From positions 1 to 34,216 of the forward strand of contig CAZPOZ010000002.1 of NCBI GenBank assembly GCA_964588235.1: a stretch of 34,216 bases of DNA. The letters run 5' to 3'. The notes under the pieces are model-generated. The model worked only from the letters and a program-made list of their open reading frames with translations. It was not told the DNA's origin and made no database searches. The translations under genes and the position numbers were made by a program. Source of the stretch: an uncultured Planctomycetales bacterium. Its GTDB lineage: Bacteria; Planctomycetota; PLA2; JAEUHO01. Of the stretch, positions 32,945 through 34,216 are shown in pieces (position 1 is the stretch's first letter; each line of letters starts with the position of its first letter).

Positions 32945-34092
32945 CGCCGGCCCTCCGCCGCGGGCGCGTGGCGCGCCAGCGCCTCCACCAGCCCGTCCAG
33001 GGCCCCGGGGGGCAGTCCGCGCCGCGGCACGATCCGGAGCGCCGACTCGCCCTCGCGCACGGTGGGGGGGCGCAGGGCGCGCACGTCGTAGCCTTCGGCC
33101 CCGAGCGCCGCCGAGAGGGCCTGCGCGTCGGCCGCCGCCCCCACGCGGAGCCCCACGAGGTGCGTGCCCGCGCCCGTGACGGGGAAGCCCAGCGCCGCCA
33201 GCCGCCGGCGGAGCCCTGCGGCCAGGGCCAGCACCTCGGCCGCCGCCCCGGGCTCGCCCGAGAGGCGCTCGAGCGCAGCCGAGAGGCCCGCGGCCAGCGC
33301 CGGCATCGGCGCCGTGCTGAACAGGAAGGGCCGGGCGACGTTCACCAGGTGCTCGACCAGCAGCGCGTCGCCCGCCACCCACGCGCCGGCCACGCCCAGG
33401 GCCTTGCCGCCCGTGTGGACCGTGGCCGTGACGCGCTCGGTGAGCCCCTCGGCCTCCACGCGGCCCGAGCCGCGCGCCCCGAACAGGCCCGTGGCGTGGG
33501 CCTCGTCCACCACGAGCAGCGCGCCGGCCCGCTCCGCGTCCTCGGCGATCCCGGTCAGGTCGGGCAGGCGGCCCGAGGTGCTGACGACGCTCTCCACCAC
33601 GACCAGGGTGCGGGGGGCGCCCGCCTCGGCGGCCAGCGCCCGCGCGCGCGCCGCCGGGTCGTCCAGGTCCAGCACCTCGCAGCCGGCCCGCGAGAGCCGC
33701 ACCGCGTCGATCAGGCTGGCGTGGTTGTCGCGGTCGGAGAGCACGCGGTCGCCCGGCCCCACCAGGGCCGTGACGAGGCCCAGGTTGGCCAGGTAGCCGC
33801 TGCCGAAGAGCAGCGCCGCCTCGCGGCCCGAGAAGGCCGCCAGGCGCCGCTCGGCCTCCTCGTGCACGGGCAGGTGGCCGCGCAGCAGACGGGCCGCCCC
33901 GGCGCCCACGCCGTGCGCGCGGACGGCGTCGGCCACGCGCGCGGCGATCCAGGGGTCGCGCGCGTAGCCCAGCACGTCGTTGCTGGCGAAGTCCAGGCCC
34001 CGGGGCCCCGTGCGGCGGCGCAGCAGCCCCGCCGACTCGCGCCGGGCGAGGCCAGCGGCGAGCTCGGCCCTGAGCCGCGCCCGCGCGTGCAT
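32941..34092 (-). CDS. bioF: 8-amino-7-oxononanoate synthase, 383 aa (track start at TTG 34110 is an alternative)
   Basis: Motifs LDFASNDVLGY, FGSGYLANLG, VVDEAHATG, HTGGKALGVAG (PLP Lys). ATG at 34090-34092. Confidence 0.9.
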   Translation of the reverse strand: MHARARLRAELAAGLARRESAGLLRRRTGPRGLDFASNDVLGYARDPWIAARVADAVRAHGVGAGAARLLRGHLPVHEEAERRLAAFSGREAALLFGSGYLANLGLVTALVGPGDRVLSDRDNHASLIDAVRLSRAGCEVLDLDDPAARARALAAEAGAPRTLVVVESVVSTSGRLPDLTGIAEDAERAGALLVVDEAHATGLFGARGSGRVEAEGLTERVTATVHTGGKALGVAGAWVAGDALLVEHLVNVARPFLFSTAPMPALAAGLSAALERLSGEPGAAAEVLALAAGLRRRLAALGFPVTGAGTHLVGLRVGAAADAQALSAALGAEGYDVRALRPPTVREGESALRIVPRRGLPPGALDGLVEALARHAPAAEGRR

Positions 34093-34120
34093 CAGGCGCA
34101 CCGCCCGCAAGCGGGGTGCC

Positions 34121-34216
34121 GCGAGGTTCGTGCGGCGCGCTGGAGCCGGGCGCTCAGGCCCCTTCCTCCTCCTCGCGCAGGCCGCAGGCGCGTCGTCGTC
34201 GTCATCGGCCTTCCGC
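34121..34216. repeat. copy B of the direct repeat of at least 96 bp (partner at 15401-15496), truncated by the window end
   Basis: 92/96 identical to copy A in the same orientation. Starts 29 nt upstream of the bioF ATG and runs to the last base of the window. Confidence 0.9.

Noticed and set aside
32945-33382. N-terminal extension of the bioD ORF (track ORF 32294..33382, 362 aa)
   Set aside because: The extension overlaps bioF out of frame and is Arg/Gly/Ala/Pro-rich. The BioD P-loop begins right after the GTG at 32944, which forms a GTGA overlap with the bioF stop.
34092-34205. 37-codon upstream ORF on the minus strand (MTTTTRLRPARGGG...) whose TGA overlaps the bioF ATG (TGATG), resembling a Thr-rich leader peptide
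   Set aside because: In copy A the same ATG opens a different, much longer Arg-rich frame. Of the 4 substitutions between copies, 3 are non-synonymous in this frame. The composition is typical of GC-rich noise, and the Shine-Dalgarno spacing (GGAAGG only 3 nt from the ATG) is poor. This is probably coincidental, although Ribo-seq could revisit it.

Overview
High-GC (roughly 70-75% by eye) bacterial chromosomal window. The gene content (giant Ser/Thr kinase, kinase-linked ECF sigma, DUF2723/TPR protein) suggests a Myxococcota-like host, but that is inference only. From left to right: (1) an envelope cluster at 7-8097, with an efflux adaptor subunit, a secreted hypothetical, three translationally coupled GT4 glycosyltransferases, a convergent DUF2723/TPR membrane glycosyltransferase-like protein and a small putative lipoprotein. 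(2) A signalling module at 8171-15271, with an ECF sigma factor and a 1701-aa membrane Ser/Thr kinase in one operon, plus a divergently transcribed cadherin-like lipoprotein. (3) A 490-bp structured intergenic region carrying a repeated element. (4) A complete type I-G (formerly I-U) CRISPR-Cas locus at 15765-27127: csb1/cas7, csb2/cas5-cas6, cas3 with a C-terminal HD domain, a short Cas8-like gene, cas4-cas1, cas2, a leader, and 33 repeats of 36 bp with 32 unique spacers. (5) A VOC/glyoxalase gene, a 480-bp unexplained gap, and a divergent pair encoding a secreted beta-propeller-like protein and a HEAT-repeat protein. (6) A translationally coupled bioF-bioD-bioA operon on the minus strand. 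The points most worth a second look are as follows. The I-G locus is in the poorly studied short-Cas8 (Cas8g2/Csb3-like) configuration. A direct repeat of at least 96 bp (92/96 identical) brackets the 18.7-kb segment holding CRISPR-Cas and the bio operon, and the window ends inside its second copy. The first copy has a MITE-like architecture (13-bp direct repeats plus terminal inverted repeats). The ECF sigma has a degenerate acidic sigma-2.2 motif next to its kinase. I found no integrase, transposase, tRNA or rRNA. Many very long ORFs in the six-frame track are GC-driven artefacts, and I rejected them.
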